DNA of 38,202 nt from Mesotaenium endlicherianum (lineage: Eukaryota): positions 98,306 through 136,507 of the forward strand of contig WELA01000694.1 of the NCBI GenBank assembly GCA_009602735.1, written 5' to 3'. The position numbers were made by a program, and so were the translations under genes. Positions within the stretch are counted from its first letter, which is position 1. Each line of letters opens with the position of its first letter. Positions 1 through 11,206 of the stretch are shown here, piece after piece. A model generated the notes under the pieces. It was not told the origin of the DNA, searched no databases, and saw nothing but the letters and a program-made list of their open reading frames with translations.

Positions 1-978
1 GCTTCATCATGTTCTCTTGGAACTTTTGAGCAAACTTAGTGATTGAAGTGGTCTGCTTTAGTGTCAAGGAGATCATTGCATAGATAGCTTTCTCCTGCTG
101 ATTGATAACATCAATTTTCTTATGCAACTTCTCGACAAACTCTACCCAAGTAGGGTCATCGAGTTATTGAGGCTTACGCTCTTCTTTCCATTACAGCCAC
201 CAGTCTGCTGCACTGCCTTTCAGTAGAGCACTAGTGTGCCTGACTTTCTCGTAGTCATGCAGTTCTAGGTAGTTCGCCAGCCACTGCTCAGCATCCGCGA
301 GAAACTTGATCAAGTAATACTTTTTGTTTCCCTCACGGTCATAGTCCTGAGGAGATTTTGGCTTAGACTACTAGGCCATTTGCCACCACCATCTGTGGTT
401 TGAGAACCCAGTTGGTCTCTGTCACGCAGCAGTGCCATCGTGATCCTTTTGTCCTCCTGTTGGGACTGATACATGCATGCCATTTGCGATTGCATCTGAA
501 CAAATAATGCTCCCAGATCTACATTCGGAGGTGGTAGCCCAGCAAACGCAACAGCAGCAACATTAGCTTGATTAGTAGCAGCTTCGGCATTGCCAATTGC
601 TGCCGCTCCGGCTATGCGTGTTGCACTCAGTTGTCTACAAATCTGAGGGATAGGTATAACAGTAGGCACAACAGGAGGTTGGTTTAGGCGATTGGCCCTC
701 TCTGCCATCTGCTCTTCCACCGTCCTTTCATCAGGGGCCCTCCTGTTTACTGCCTCCTCTACCTATTTGGCTATACGCTCATCCTCAGCAAGCTGAGCCA
801 CTACTGCAGGAAGAGTTGCTGCCTCCTCTGCAGCTTCTCTAGCTCCTGCATCATGCAACGTTTCTAAGTAGGTACGGGGTCCAAAGCCGCGACATTTGTC
901 CTGCCCTTCTACAATGTTATCAATGTCCTCACCCTCTATCTCCCAAGAGTTGCTAGTTTGAGACCTAGTCCTTACCAT
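1..978 (-). pseudogene. gag: Degenerate gag of a Ty3/gypsy LTR retrotransposon (element A1), running off the left edge of the window
   Basis: ORF pieces 763-978 (MVRTRSQ...) and 310-720 start just downstream of a PBS. Minus-strand 1-310 reads ...AEQWLANYLELHDYEKVRHTSALLKGSAADWWL...PTWVEFVEKL..., resembling a retrotransposon gag core, with stops and frameshifts. Confidence 0.8.
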
Positions 979-998
979 ACAAGACTACTGTGATAATT

Positions 999-1010
999 GC
1001 TCCGATACCA
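999..1010 (-). promoter_or_regulatory. Primer-binding site (tRNA-iMet type) of element A1
   Basis: Minus strand reads TGGTATCGGAGC, 1 nt after the LTR end (...CATTTCA). This matches the canonical plant iMet PBS TGGTATCAGAGC with one mismatch. Confidence 0.9.
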
Positions 1011-1011
1011 C

Positions 1012-2250
1012 TGAAATGAATCGACTTACCAAAAGGCGTTTAACAATTAATGGAAGATCTTCATACCAGCAAGGAATCTTTATGGTATTTTCTGTTTACC
1101 ACTTTAACAGCAAAAGACAACACGCTAGCGAGGAGTATATTTTCAAGTCAAATGCAAGTAAACTAGCATCAATCATGCAATTAGTAAACTCATACATAAG
1201 CAAGACTAGAGGTCAGTGCGTATTAATGGCTTCTTGCCTTGAATTCAGATCTCGCTTAGTAAGCTGTACAAGAGAGGTAGCCTCGTTTCCGAATGCCGAA
1301 CTCGATAGCAATACCTGGCATATACACATGGAATGAGTTTAATATTCAACGGCAAGTGCGATGGCACCGCCTACCTGGGAGTTAACCACGTCGGTAGGAC
1401 CTCGGCTAACCAAATCCACAGCCATCTCCTATCATCCCGAATCGCCATCTATGTAGTAATTTGAATTATAATATATTATCTGGCATATAATTTAGTGCTT
1501 TTGAATATATTTGGAGTAGTATTGTGTGGAGTCAAGTGTGAATAGATACTCTAGTGACTTGGTTCATGTCTTTTGAACCTTCTAAGGCATTTTTGAAGTT
1601 AGAGGAAGGACCTAGAAGAACTCCATGTGGCAAAAGTCAAATGTGCCATTTTTAGGTCAAAAGGACACGTGTACATTATTCTAGAAAAAGGTGGCAAGTT
1701 TTGGGATGTGTTGGGTGCCAACACATCAACATGCACCTTCCTAGAAATTACTCATGTAGCAAGTATATAAACAAGAGCTACAACATAGAAAGACATTCCA
1801 GAATCACTCTTGTAATTGCCAAATTCCAGAAATATATTAACTTTCAAGAAGCCATCTCTCTTTGAAGAAGCTACCACTTGTGTTCAAAGATCCTTGTCTT
1901 GAAATAGATAAAGTATTATATTTCACTAAGTACTTTATCTATCTGTTTCACTACAATTTACCTTAAGGGTGTCATCTGGCCACTCATCTAGCCTATCACA
2001 CTTAGATGCACAACTAGGCAGTTCACTGCTACCGAATACGGCAGTCGGCTGACTGTCAAGAGTGTGTCAACAAGCTGACCTAAGTCAGCAGTTGATCTAA
2101 GTTGACTTCAGCCTGCTGCCCCCGGCTGAGTCATTATACTAAGTATTAGAAATCCAGCAAACTAAAAATCACTACAATACAGTAGAGTGAACTTACTTAC
2201 TATTACATATAATTAAATATTATATCTAACCAATATAATGATTCATTACA
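1012..2250 (-). mobile_element. 5' LTR of element A1 (family A), interrupted by a 504-bp solo LTR
   Basis: Minus strand starts TGTAATGAATCA and ends GTCGATTCATTTCA. It is followed by the PBS and gag, and is colinear with the copies at 2535-3253, 9999-10717 and 11207-11937. Confidence 0.9.
1452..1955 (+). mobile_element. Solo LTR (family F, 504 bp) nested in the A1 LTR
   Basis: Termini TGTAGT...ACTACA are inverted. Flanks ATCTA/ATTTA fit a decayed 5-bp TSD of the ATCCA seen in uninterrupted A copies. The segment is absent from the other A LTRs. Strand is inferred from a TATATAAA at ~1764. Confidence 0.8.
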
Positions 2251-2534
2251 GTTAGTGTGCTAGCTAAAAAATGACAGTTAGAAACAGACTGACACTAGGT
2301 AACGGGAAGTGACAGTTTTGACAGGCAGCCCAACTTAAACAATAAGTTAGAGGGAGTAGAATAACATCTCGAGAACCAGTCAATTTTCTTACCAATCTTT
2401 CCACTCAAACTTTGCTCACACTTACTTTGCCCACTTTCCGCTTACTTACACTAGGTCTTACATACGCTATAACTGCCACCACTACTTTCTTACCCATTAA
2501 GGTACTCAATGACTGTGCATGATATCATGACTAC

Positions 2535-3253
2535 TGAAATGAATCGACTTACCAAATAGGCGATTAACAATTAATAAAGATCTTTATATCAGCAAGTAAT
2601 CTTTATGGTATTTCCGTTAACTAGTTAAACGGCAAAGGACAATACACTAGCAGGGAATAATACTCGTAAGTCAAATGCGAGTAAACTAGCATCAATGATG
2701 CAAATCAGTAAACTCATACATAAGCAAGGTTAGAAGACAGTGCGTATCAATGGCTTCTCGCCTTGGATTCAGATCTCTCTCAGTAAGCTGTACAAGAGAG
2801 TTGGCCTCGTTTCCGAATGCCGAACTCGAGAGCAATGCCTAGCGTATGTACATGGAATGAGTTTACTGTTCAACGGTCAGTGCGATGGCACCGCCTACCC
2901 GGGAGTTAACCACGTTGGTAGGACCTCGGTTAACCAAATCCACCGCCATCTCCCATCATCCCGAATAGCCATCCATCATAGGGATGTCATCTGGCGATTC
3001 CTCTAGCATATGGCACTTAGATGCATATCAAGGCAGTTCGCTGCTACCGAGTACGGAAGTCAGCTTGCTGCCAAAGAATGTGTCAGCAAGCTGACTTATA
3101 TGGACTTTCAGCCTGCTGCTTTCGACTGAGTCAGCAAACTGATAATTATGTAAAGTCCAGCAGACTGACTATTAACTAAAGTTCAGCAGGCTGAACTTAA
3201 TTAACTATTATATTATATGAATATTATATCCACTAATATACTGATTCATTACA
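2535..3253 (-). mobile_element. Solo LTR A2 (719 bp)
   Basis: Full-length family-A LTR flanked by a perfect TSD, ACTAC (2530-2534 and 3254-3258), with no adjacent PBS or PPT. Confidence 0.93.
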
Positions 3254-3279
3254 ACTACACTAATTCAATTGTGGTATGA

Positions 3280-4761
3280 GTGAGCAGGATGACTCAAAAG
3301 TCGGAACTCAAGAGAAAAAGAAGGGCGGACGAGGCGCAGGCGGAGTACAAGGAATTCCATGGCGATATCGAATCATCCTCCATCTCTTCTCGAGAATCAG
3401 AGCAACTCCCACTGCAGCGGGAGGCTCAGAAGAGGAAGGAGGAGGAAGAACTGGCCAGGCTGAGACAGGAGGAGCACGACAAAAAAGTTGCAGAGGAAGC
3501 CAAAAAGGCGGAGGAACAAAGGATGGCTGAGGAGAGGCGGAAGCAGCAGGCTGAGGAGGAACAAAGGAGCATCAAAAGCTACCGCTACACGGTGATGGGC
3601 AAGGGCTTTGACTTTTTGAAGGAAGCCTTCAAGTACGCCCAGAGAAGTCAAAGTGAGTCACAGAGGGACATACTGCAACGGGAAGGGGAGACGACCCAAG
3701 GTTTTGATAAGTACATAGAGGTCAGCACAAGATTTTAACTGTATCATGACTATGCCAGGATGGTGGGATATACAATGCGGGAGGCCAAAGCATTGGCCCG
3801 GTTAGGTGAATCTGAAACGGTGCCAAAACTTGGGATCTGGGGCACAGACAGGGTCATGAGGTTGATCCCTCTGCATATAAACAGCTTCAAGGATGCCACT
3901 TCCCACAACCGATTCAAGGCTATGTATAACGAGGTGGAGAGAAGAAGCTGGAAGTTCTTGGCAAGAGAGACCAACCAGTTGGATTTCTCAGGTCACTGGT
4001 ACCCCTGTACTTTGAAGAGGACAAATCCTGCTTTCTTTCTACAGCCTGCACTGACTGGCGCTGGATGACCATCACCATGAAGGACCATCAAAATGACACA
4101 GCTGAGGAAAACAATAACCTGGCAGATTTGCAGGGGAAGATAGTGCTGCCACCTCACATTCCAGCATGGGATCCAAGACTGGATGGAGTGAGGGACTGCA
4201 TGAGTCAGGAGACACAGGAGGATAGGACCAGGGCTAGAGATTCTTTCTCTAAGGGGAAACATGCTTATGCCAAATGGGCAAGTAAGCAAGGGGAGAAAGA
4301 CCTGTATGCGGTCACGACCCAGCAACCCCCACCTGCATCCAGAAGGGGGAGGTCAGTGGGATACTCTTTTTCTTGTGAACGGCTGGAGGAGATGACCAGA
4401 GAGACTCCAGAAGTCTCAGAGGAACAGGAGGACAAAGAGGAGGAAGGCGCCGGAGAGGAGTCTAGTCCTGCTGAGGCACAGATCCCCGCTACATCCCCCA
4501 CTCTACAGCAGACTGGAAGTGCCTTTGCACAGGCAGCCCTGCAGCAGCTTGAGGATACCAATCCACCAAGAGACCCAAATCTCCAGTGGCTGGGGAGTTT
4601 CAGCAGGAGGAGTCCCACCCCTAGAGATGAGACTCAGTTAGACAAAGCAAACAGAAGGACTGCCAAGGAGGCAGCCAGAGGGCAGCCACCATCCCCCTCT
4701 TATAGAGGGCATGTACCCTTAGCCTATGTCATGCAGCACCCCTCCGATATGCCAGTGTATG
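3280..4761 (+). pseudogene. 5' part of an extra ORF of unknown function carried by family-A element E
   Basis: ORFs 3280-3738 and 3760-4068 share a frame, separated by one TAA. A frameshift leads into 4065-4761. The track's stop at 4764-4766 is created by the LTR-B insertion. Confidence 0.7.
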
Positions 4762-5465
4762 TGTAAGGTTATGAAAGTGTAGTTTGTATTTTTCTAGCAT
4801 TTTATACGCATAGAGTGTGATTTTGGAAGAACTTTGGCCTTTATTTCAAGTCATTTGGACAAGTATTGAGGAAGTTATGAGTTATGGGAGTTTTTAGTGA
4901 GTTTTTAATGTCACAGATTCAATTCAGTGACAAGGACAGGTCCAATGACGAAAATTTTGGTTGAAGTCCAGAAAGTAGGACATTGAAACATGAGGGTTCC
5001 AGAAACTACGTAGAGTGCCAAAGTGATTGAGGAATTTCTAGAAACTTCGTGAGGAGTTAGTGGATTGTGTAGTAGAATATTCTAGAGTGTGATTGTGTGC
5101 GTGTGAGTGTGCTAGCTTGTCCAACTAGGCAAGGTCACCTACGTGGAAGGAGCCATAGGAGAAGGTTCTGGAGGTACTTTGCTAGAGAGGACACTTAAAG
5201 TTAAAGCATAAATGGGAAGCACAAAGAAGTAGAGGGAGCTTATTCTAGTTAGTCTAACCTTCTTATCTTGTACACGACTTTTCTTAATAAAGTGAGTTCT
5301 TTTCCACTCCTCTCTCATGTAGCCCTCTAACTCTTGCAAGGGTGGCATACCACCAGGCCACTCCACCTTGTGTATGCAACTAGGAAAGGTCCTCGTGCAC
5401 GCTCCCACTCGCGGGTGAGGGTGCGAGAGTGTGTGGGCGCACTCCCCGCACCCTTCCCCCTTTCA
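4762..5465 (+). repeat. 5' LTR of element B (704 bp)
   Basis: TG...CA ends; direct repeat of 9460-10888 once the nested A3 LTR is removed; roughly 95% identical by eye over the first ~220 bp. Confidence 0.93.
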
Positions 5466-5467
5466 CA

Positions 5468-5479
5468 TGGTATCGGAGC
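5468..5479 (+). promoter_or_regulatory. Primer-binding site (tRNA-iMet type) of element B
   Basis: TGGTATCGGAGC, 2 nt after the LTR end. Confidence 0.9.
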
Positions 5480-7454
5480 TACCTAATTGCTTCATTTGGA
5501 GGAGAAGCTTTGGTTGGCGATGCTTGTAGGAGTGTAGAGAGAGTATAAAGGAGAAGCAAAGATGACTCATGAGTTGCTAAGGGCAGCCATGAAGACATTG
5601 ATACAAGCTAGCATCTCACTCTCTTGAAGGAGGGAGGAGATGGGAAGAGGGAGGTGCTCCAAGAAATGTTAACTTGGATGCAACCAGATTTTTGTACATC
5701 TTCCTTGTTGTATAAGAAGGTTGCCCAAGCATGGTAGTGATATAAGTAATATAGAGCAGCCTTTGCTTGAGTATAGAGACATATGAGCATGAAGAAAATC
5801 TGGAGCTCACACCGCTGGAATTTTCCTTGAAGATGCAAGCTCTTTAGTGTTAAGCACTTGAAAGGGGCTTAGCATAGAGGTGATAGTGGCTAGAAAGGAT
5901 TGTGTGCCCATCTTTATTTCAGATCTTCAATGAAGGTGAAGCAGATTTTAAGGGTAGGCAACAAGGGACTTAGCAAGCATGTGTACTTGCAAATCTAGGA
6001 GCTTTGGCAGGCATAGCACTCGCAAGCTCAAGAGGAACTCATGAGGAGCTCAAGAGAGAGTGCACCGGGGTGTTGCATCAAGTTGGCCAAGTATGTGGCC
6101 AGATTTGGATTGCCTTGCATCATTCCTATATAGCCATTGGATATTGTTGGCCAGCCCTGATGGAGCTTGGTCATTCTTATGAAGATTGATGAAGCCTCAA
6201 GTGAAGAAAAGCGCCGTGGAGAAGGCTTAATGCAAGAAGAAGTGACGCAGATTTTTCTTCAAGCAAGATAAGTGGAGATGGAGCCTTTCAAGTTCAGATT
6301 TTTCTTTTTCTTATGGAGGAGACTACCATGGAGTAGTTAAGGTTGAGAGCTAAGATGAAGACAAGCCTATGGTGTGGAAGAAGAAGCAAGGTATGAAGTT
6401 GGTGCAAAGGGGCTAGTGCAAGAGATGTCGCCCACTTGAAGTGCGTGTGCCATTAGTTGTGTGAAGGCATAGCTAAGGGGCAGATTTTGGTGCATCTATG
6501 GAAGCTCTTCATGTGAAAGTAGAGCACCAAGGCAAGCTGGGTTTAGTAGTAAGAAGTGTCATTGGGGTGACCAAGGCTAGAGTGCACTCAAGAAGCTAAG
6601 CATGTGGAAGGAGTTGCACAAAGAGAGTAGCCTATCCTCTAGTGCTTTAGTGCACGGGTCAAGTGAAGACCAAGGAGGAGTATGGTCAAGTGAGGATAGT
6701 GAAATAGGTGGAGGTAGATATGACCACAAGTAGCTATCTTCAGCCCGCTAGCAAAGAAGCGACGCGGGAAGGTGAAGGTGCAGGAGAAACGCTTATCTTG
6801 GTGACCTTGGCCCGGTCATCGCATGGAGCAAGCTTGCCTCCTAACAACCTTGGCGAGCGCGCATCGCCGGTGGAGCAAGTAGAGGTGTATGATCCCCTTG
6901 CTTATTTATAGTGCAGACCCCAACTGCTCAAGTGGAGGAGCTCCTAGAAAGTGAGCTCAAGAGAAGCCCGTTTGCAAGACGACGTATGTGCGTGCATAAG
7001 ATGAGGTGCAAGCACTAAGACTATGTGCATTTGCCCAAGTTATGGAGCTCATGGAGGCGTTCTAGATGTGTTTCTTGGAGCCTTGTGTAAAGGCAGATCT
7101 TCAAGAAGAGCCAGAATTATGTGGGAGTGAGCATCTAGCCAAGAAGAAGACTATGATGGAGTTTGGTGCACCACGAGCGAGACTACGCGCTCAAGCCTTG
7201 TGAAATATATTATCGTCGCTTGATGGAGACTACGACTTTAAGGATATGGACCTATGAGGAGGAGACCAAGTGTAATGGGGCTGATATGATCTGCCTAAGA
7301 TGGAGATATATGACAAAGACCTGGACATGAAGCTAGGAGAATCAGCGTCTACACAAGCAAGCAAGAGAGAGGCGTAAAATCTAGACTTGGACACTCGAGT
7401 GGTAAGCGCCTTACCTTCATGATGAGGAGAGGGAGTGTTATAGTTGTTTATAGT

Positions 7455-8198
7455 TGAAAGGGGCAAAGTGCCCTAGTGGAAGCGTAGTGACTCACAAGGA
7501 AAGGAACTAGTTGCCATCATACTAGAGAGTGCAGCGGCATATCACTAACAAAGCTTAGGAAAAATACTCAACATTTTGAGTAGCAAGAAACTGCTCACAA
7601 ATGATGTAGGATGAAGGGCCTTGTCATTACAAACCCGTAGAAATTTACAGAAGTGAAAATTGATAAGAAACAAAGAAGTTATGCCTATTTATAATTTTCT
7701 GCCTAAGTGCTCCTCCCTAGGAGGAAGCTACGGATTTTCCTAAGTGTTCGTCAAATCGTCCCTTCCAGAATATTCGTGAGTAAGCCAGATCAGTCTAATC
7801 TGACGTGTCGGGCCGAATTGACGTCCACATACATGCATCGACATTACTAGAATATTCTATCTTAGACGCGCTAGGCTAAACCGAAACTTCTAGGTAAATC
7901 GACCTAGTCGGCACTCCGCGTCAGCCGAACTTACGTGAAGGTTCGAGTTCATTCTAACGGGCCAGATCGCTCGACGCTGTCGGTCAATCCGACGGTCGCG
8001 CTCACTGCGAATTAAGGACAGTCGTCGACCGACCTCAAAACTAATTAAACTTCAGAATTCCGTAACTCTCTCAATACTTGACCAAATTCGATGAACTTTA
8101 TATCAAAATGACCACAAAAATGCACTCTACATGAATGTACAATCAAAACATACTTTCACAAAGCTCAAAAATGCACTTTATAAACCTATGACCCTACA
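7455..8198 (-). mobile_element. Solo LTR (family C, 744 bp, distantly B-like) inside element B
   Basis: Minus strand starts TGTAGGGTC and ends GCCCCTTTCA. Perfect TSD ATAGT (7450-7454 and 8199-8203). Its 5' part shares blocks with LTR-B (e.g. ATTTGGnCAAGTATTGAG). Confidence 0.85.
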
Positions 8199-9445
8199 AT
8201 AGTGCTTGTAAGCAAGGTCAAGCCAGTCTCATGAGTTCATTTGTAACTAAGAGATGGTGAAGCGGAAAGAAGGTTGAGAGCAAGTGCTTGGAAGATACTC
8301 AAATCTGTCCATGTTTGAGGGTTTTACGGGTAGGTGAGCGCGAGGGTAAAAGTTGGCAAATTTTGGCTACTTTTTGCCTACTTAGGAGAGAGTGGGTAGT
8401 ATTTTCACTAGAAGTCCTACATGAGTTAAGAGGCCTAGTATGAGGCCTGCCCTGAGTCATAGTCAAGTTTCAGAATCAGGGGCTTAAGCATGTGCCATTT
8501 GTAGGCGCGGGAGCTTGATACGTGTTGCGCGCGTGTGCGTCCTACGAGCGTGAGGCACAAACTGACGATCTCGTTTGAGTGTTAGACTTAGATTCAGATT
8601 CTGAAATTTTGTGGAGAGGTAGTCCTACGGGTTCAGATTTAGAAAAAGTATTTTTTTTAATAAAAGTATTAATTTAAGTCCTGACAGTGCCACATGGTGG
8701 TCTGCTGGACTGCCATGCGAGCCACATGTGTGAGGCGAGGCGCAATCTAATTTCATGGTCTTAAACTTAAAATCAGGGGAAACAGAGCATACCAATGAGT
8801 TCAGAGGGGTGATACTATGTAGATTGCATAACTTACAAGCTAAAAATGTCAGAAAAAGTCAGGGGGGTGCCTCTTGGCGTCTTGAGAGGTCACCACGAGT
8901 CACGCACACAAGTGGAGAATGCAATACCTCTACAAGGAGTATGCCTTAGAGCTAGAGGTAACTAAGTGTACCAGAAGGTTTAGGAATATAGTGGATTCTG
9001 GTTCATGTTGTAATCTGGTGAAAATTATAAGAGCACCACGAGTAAGCCACATGGCGCGACGAGATGCTGCCACTTGTCCACGAGGGCGAAGAATGAGTAT
9101 GTTGGTGATTTGGCGGACTATTATGCATTGGATCCAGCTTTGGAGTATGTGGAGATGATGGAGGGAGTATGTTACAGCCTTTATGAAGATATTGGCCTAT
9201 TCCATGACGAAGGAGTTGAAGAGAGGATGCACTTGTGTTAGGAGACGCCATGTGTGGAGCCAACGTATGCGATGGAGCTTTTACTTAAAGGAGCAAGTTT
9301 GGAGTATTGAGTATCATCTTGGAGCCTGTTTAAGACCTGCAACTTGTATAATATATGTGAATGTTTATTTTTCTAGCGTATATATGAGCTCAATTCCTCA
9401 TATGACGTCACTTATGCTTAGTATGCGCCGAGGACGTCGCATCTT

Positions 9446-9459
9446 GAGGAGGGGGATGA
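9446..9459 (+). promoter_or_regulatory. Polypurine tract of element B
   Basis: GAGGAGGGGGATGA immediately before the TG of the 3' LTR. Confidence 0.85.
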
Positions 9460-10888
9460 TGTAAGGTTATGAAAGTGTAGTTTGTATTTTTCTAGAATTT
9501 TATATGCATAGTGTGTGATTTTAGAAGAACTTTGGCCTTTATTTCAAGTCATTTGGACAAGTATTGAGAAAGTTATGAGTTTTGGGAATTTTTAGTGAGT
9601 TTTTAATGTCACAGATTCAATGCAGTGACAAGGACAGGTCCAGTGACAAAAATTTCGGTTGAAGTCCAGAAAGTAGCACATTGAAACATGAGGGTTCCAG
9701 AAACTACGTAGAGTGCCAAAGTGATTCTGGAATTTCTAGAAACTTCGTGAGGAGTTAGTGGATTGTGTAGTAGAATATTCTAGAGTGCGATTGTGTTCGT
9801 GTGAGTGTGCTAGCTTGTCCAACTAGGCAAGGTCACCTACATGGAAGGAGCCAAAGGAGAAGGTTCTGGAGGTACTTTGCTAGAGAGGACACTTAAAGTT
9901 AAAGCATAAATGGGAAGCACAAAGAAGTAGAGGGAGCTTCTTCTAGTTAGTCTAACCTTCTTATCTTGTCAACGACTTTTCTTAATAAAGTGAGTTCTTG
10001 AAATGAATCGTCTTACCAAATAGACGATTCATAATTAATGAAGATCTTTATATCAGCAAGTAATCTTTATGGTATTTGCTGTAAAGAGATTAAACAGCGA
10101 AGGACAACACACTAGCAGTAGACAACACTTCGCAAGTCAAATGCAAGTAAACCGGCATCAGTAATGCAATCAGTAAACTCATACATAAGCAAGATTAGAA
10201 GATAGTGCGTATCAATGGCTTCTCGCCTTGGATTCAGATCTCTCTCAGTAAGCTGTACAAGAGAGTTGGCCTCGTTTCCGAATCTGAACTCGAGAGCAAT
10301 GCCTAGCATATGTACATGGAATGAGTTTACTGTTCAACGGCCAGTGCGATGGCACCGCCTACCCGGGAGTTAACTACGTTGGTAGGACCTTGATTAACCA
10401 AATCCACCGCCATCTCCCATCATCCCGAATCGCCATCCATCATAGGGATGTCATCTGGCCATTCATCTAGCATAGCACACTTAGATGCACATCGAGGCAG
10501 TTCGCTGCTACCGAGTACGGAAGTGAGCTGGCTGTCAAAGAATGTGTCAGCAAGCTGACTTAAGTTGACTTCAGCCTGCTGCTTCCAGCTGAGTCCTTAA
10601 ACTGATAATCATATAAAGTCCAGCAGACTCAATACTACATAAAGTCTAGCAGGTTGAACGTAATTAATTATTATATTAAAATGAATATTATATCTATTAA
10701 TATACTGATTCATTACAGTTCTTTCCACTCCTCTCATATGTAGCCCTCTAACTCTTGCAAGGGTGGCATACCACCAGGCCACTCCACCTTGTGTACGCAA
10801 CTAGGAAAGGTCCTTGTGCACGCTCCCTCTCGCGGGTGAGGGTGCGTGAGTGTGTATGGGCGCACAACCCGCACCCTTCCCCCTTTCA
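9460..10888 (+). repeat. 3' LTR of element B, split by solo LTR A3
   Basis: 9460-9998 and 10723-10888 together reproduce 4762-5465. Confidence 0.92.
9999..10717 (-). mobile_element. Solo LTR A3 (719 bp)
   Basis: Full family-A LTR flanked by a perfect TSD, GTTCT (9994-9998 and 10718-10722). Confidence 0.93.
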
Positions 10889-10893
10889 GTATG

Positions 10894-11195
10894 TCTCTGT
10901 CAGTTTGACAGCTGCACAAGAGAGAGCGGTCTCCATCAACTTGCAGACATTGCAAGAGCAGGCTGTCCAGTTGCTGCGTTCACCCCTTGGTTCACCCTGG
11001 TCTGAGCCTCCAGGTTTCAGGAGGCCATCAGACAGGAGAAGGAGATTCGGTTCTAGGTCTTCCTCCCCAGAAGATCGAGCCCTTGGTACTCAGTTTGCTG
11101 TTTGTCTTTGTTTGAGAATCAGTTGGTTGTGTTGCATGTGTGTTACTTTGTTGAAAATAATAGTAAGAAGTGTTTTTAAATTGACAAGAATTTAA
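10894..11195 (+). pseudogene. 3' part of the element-E extra ORF
   Basis: Joining 4761 to 10894 gives in-frame ...DMPVYVSVSLTAAQERAVSINLQTLQEQAVQLL..., open to TAA at 11193-11195. Confidence 0.7.
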
Positions 11196-11206
11196 GTTGG
11201 AGGGAT
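11194..11206 (+). promoter_or_regulatory. Polypurine tract of element E
   Basis: AAGTTGGAGGGAT directly before the TG of LTR A4. Confidence 0.75.

Larger units (their letters stand above)
4762..10888 (+). mobile_element. Complete non-autonomous LTR retrotransposon (element B) with only vestigial Ty3/gypsy coding sequence
   Basis: Paired LTRs (TGTAAGG...CCTTTCA), perfect TSD GTATG (4757-4761 and 10889-10893), PBS at 5468-5479 and PPT at 9446-9459. The interior has no long ORF. Residual motifs: YDPLAYL (gag-like, ~6890) and NIVDSGSCCNLV (aspartic protease-like, ~8985-9020). Confidence 0.92.

Noticed and set aside
11090..11195. Hydrophobic Cys-rich tail of the extra ORF as an env transmembrane helix
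   Set aside because: It derives from TG/T-rich sequence typical of a 3' UTR and may be read-through; there is no signal peptide, so env is not claimed.
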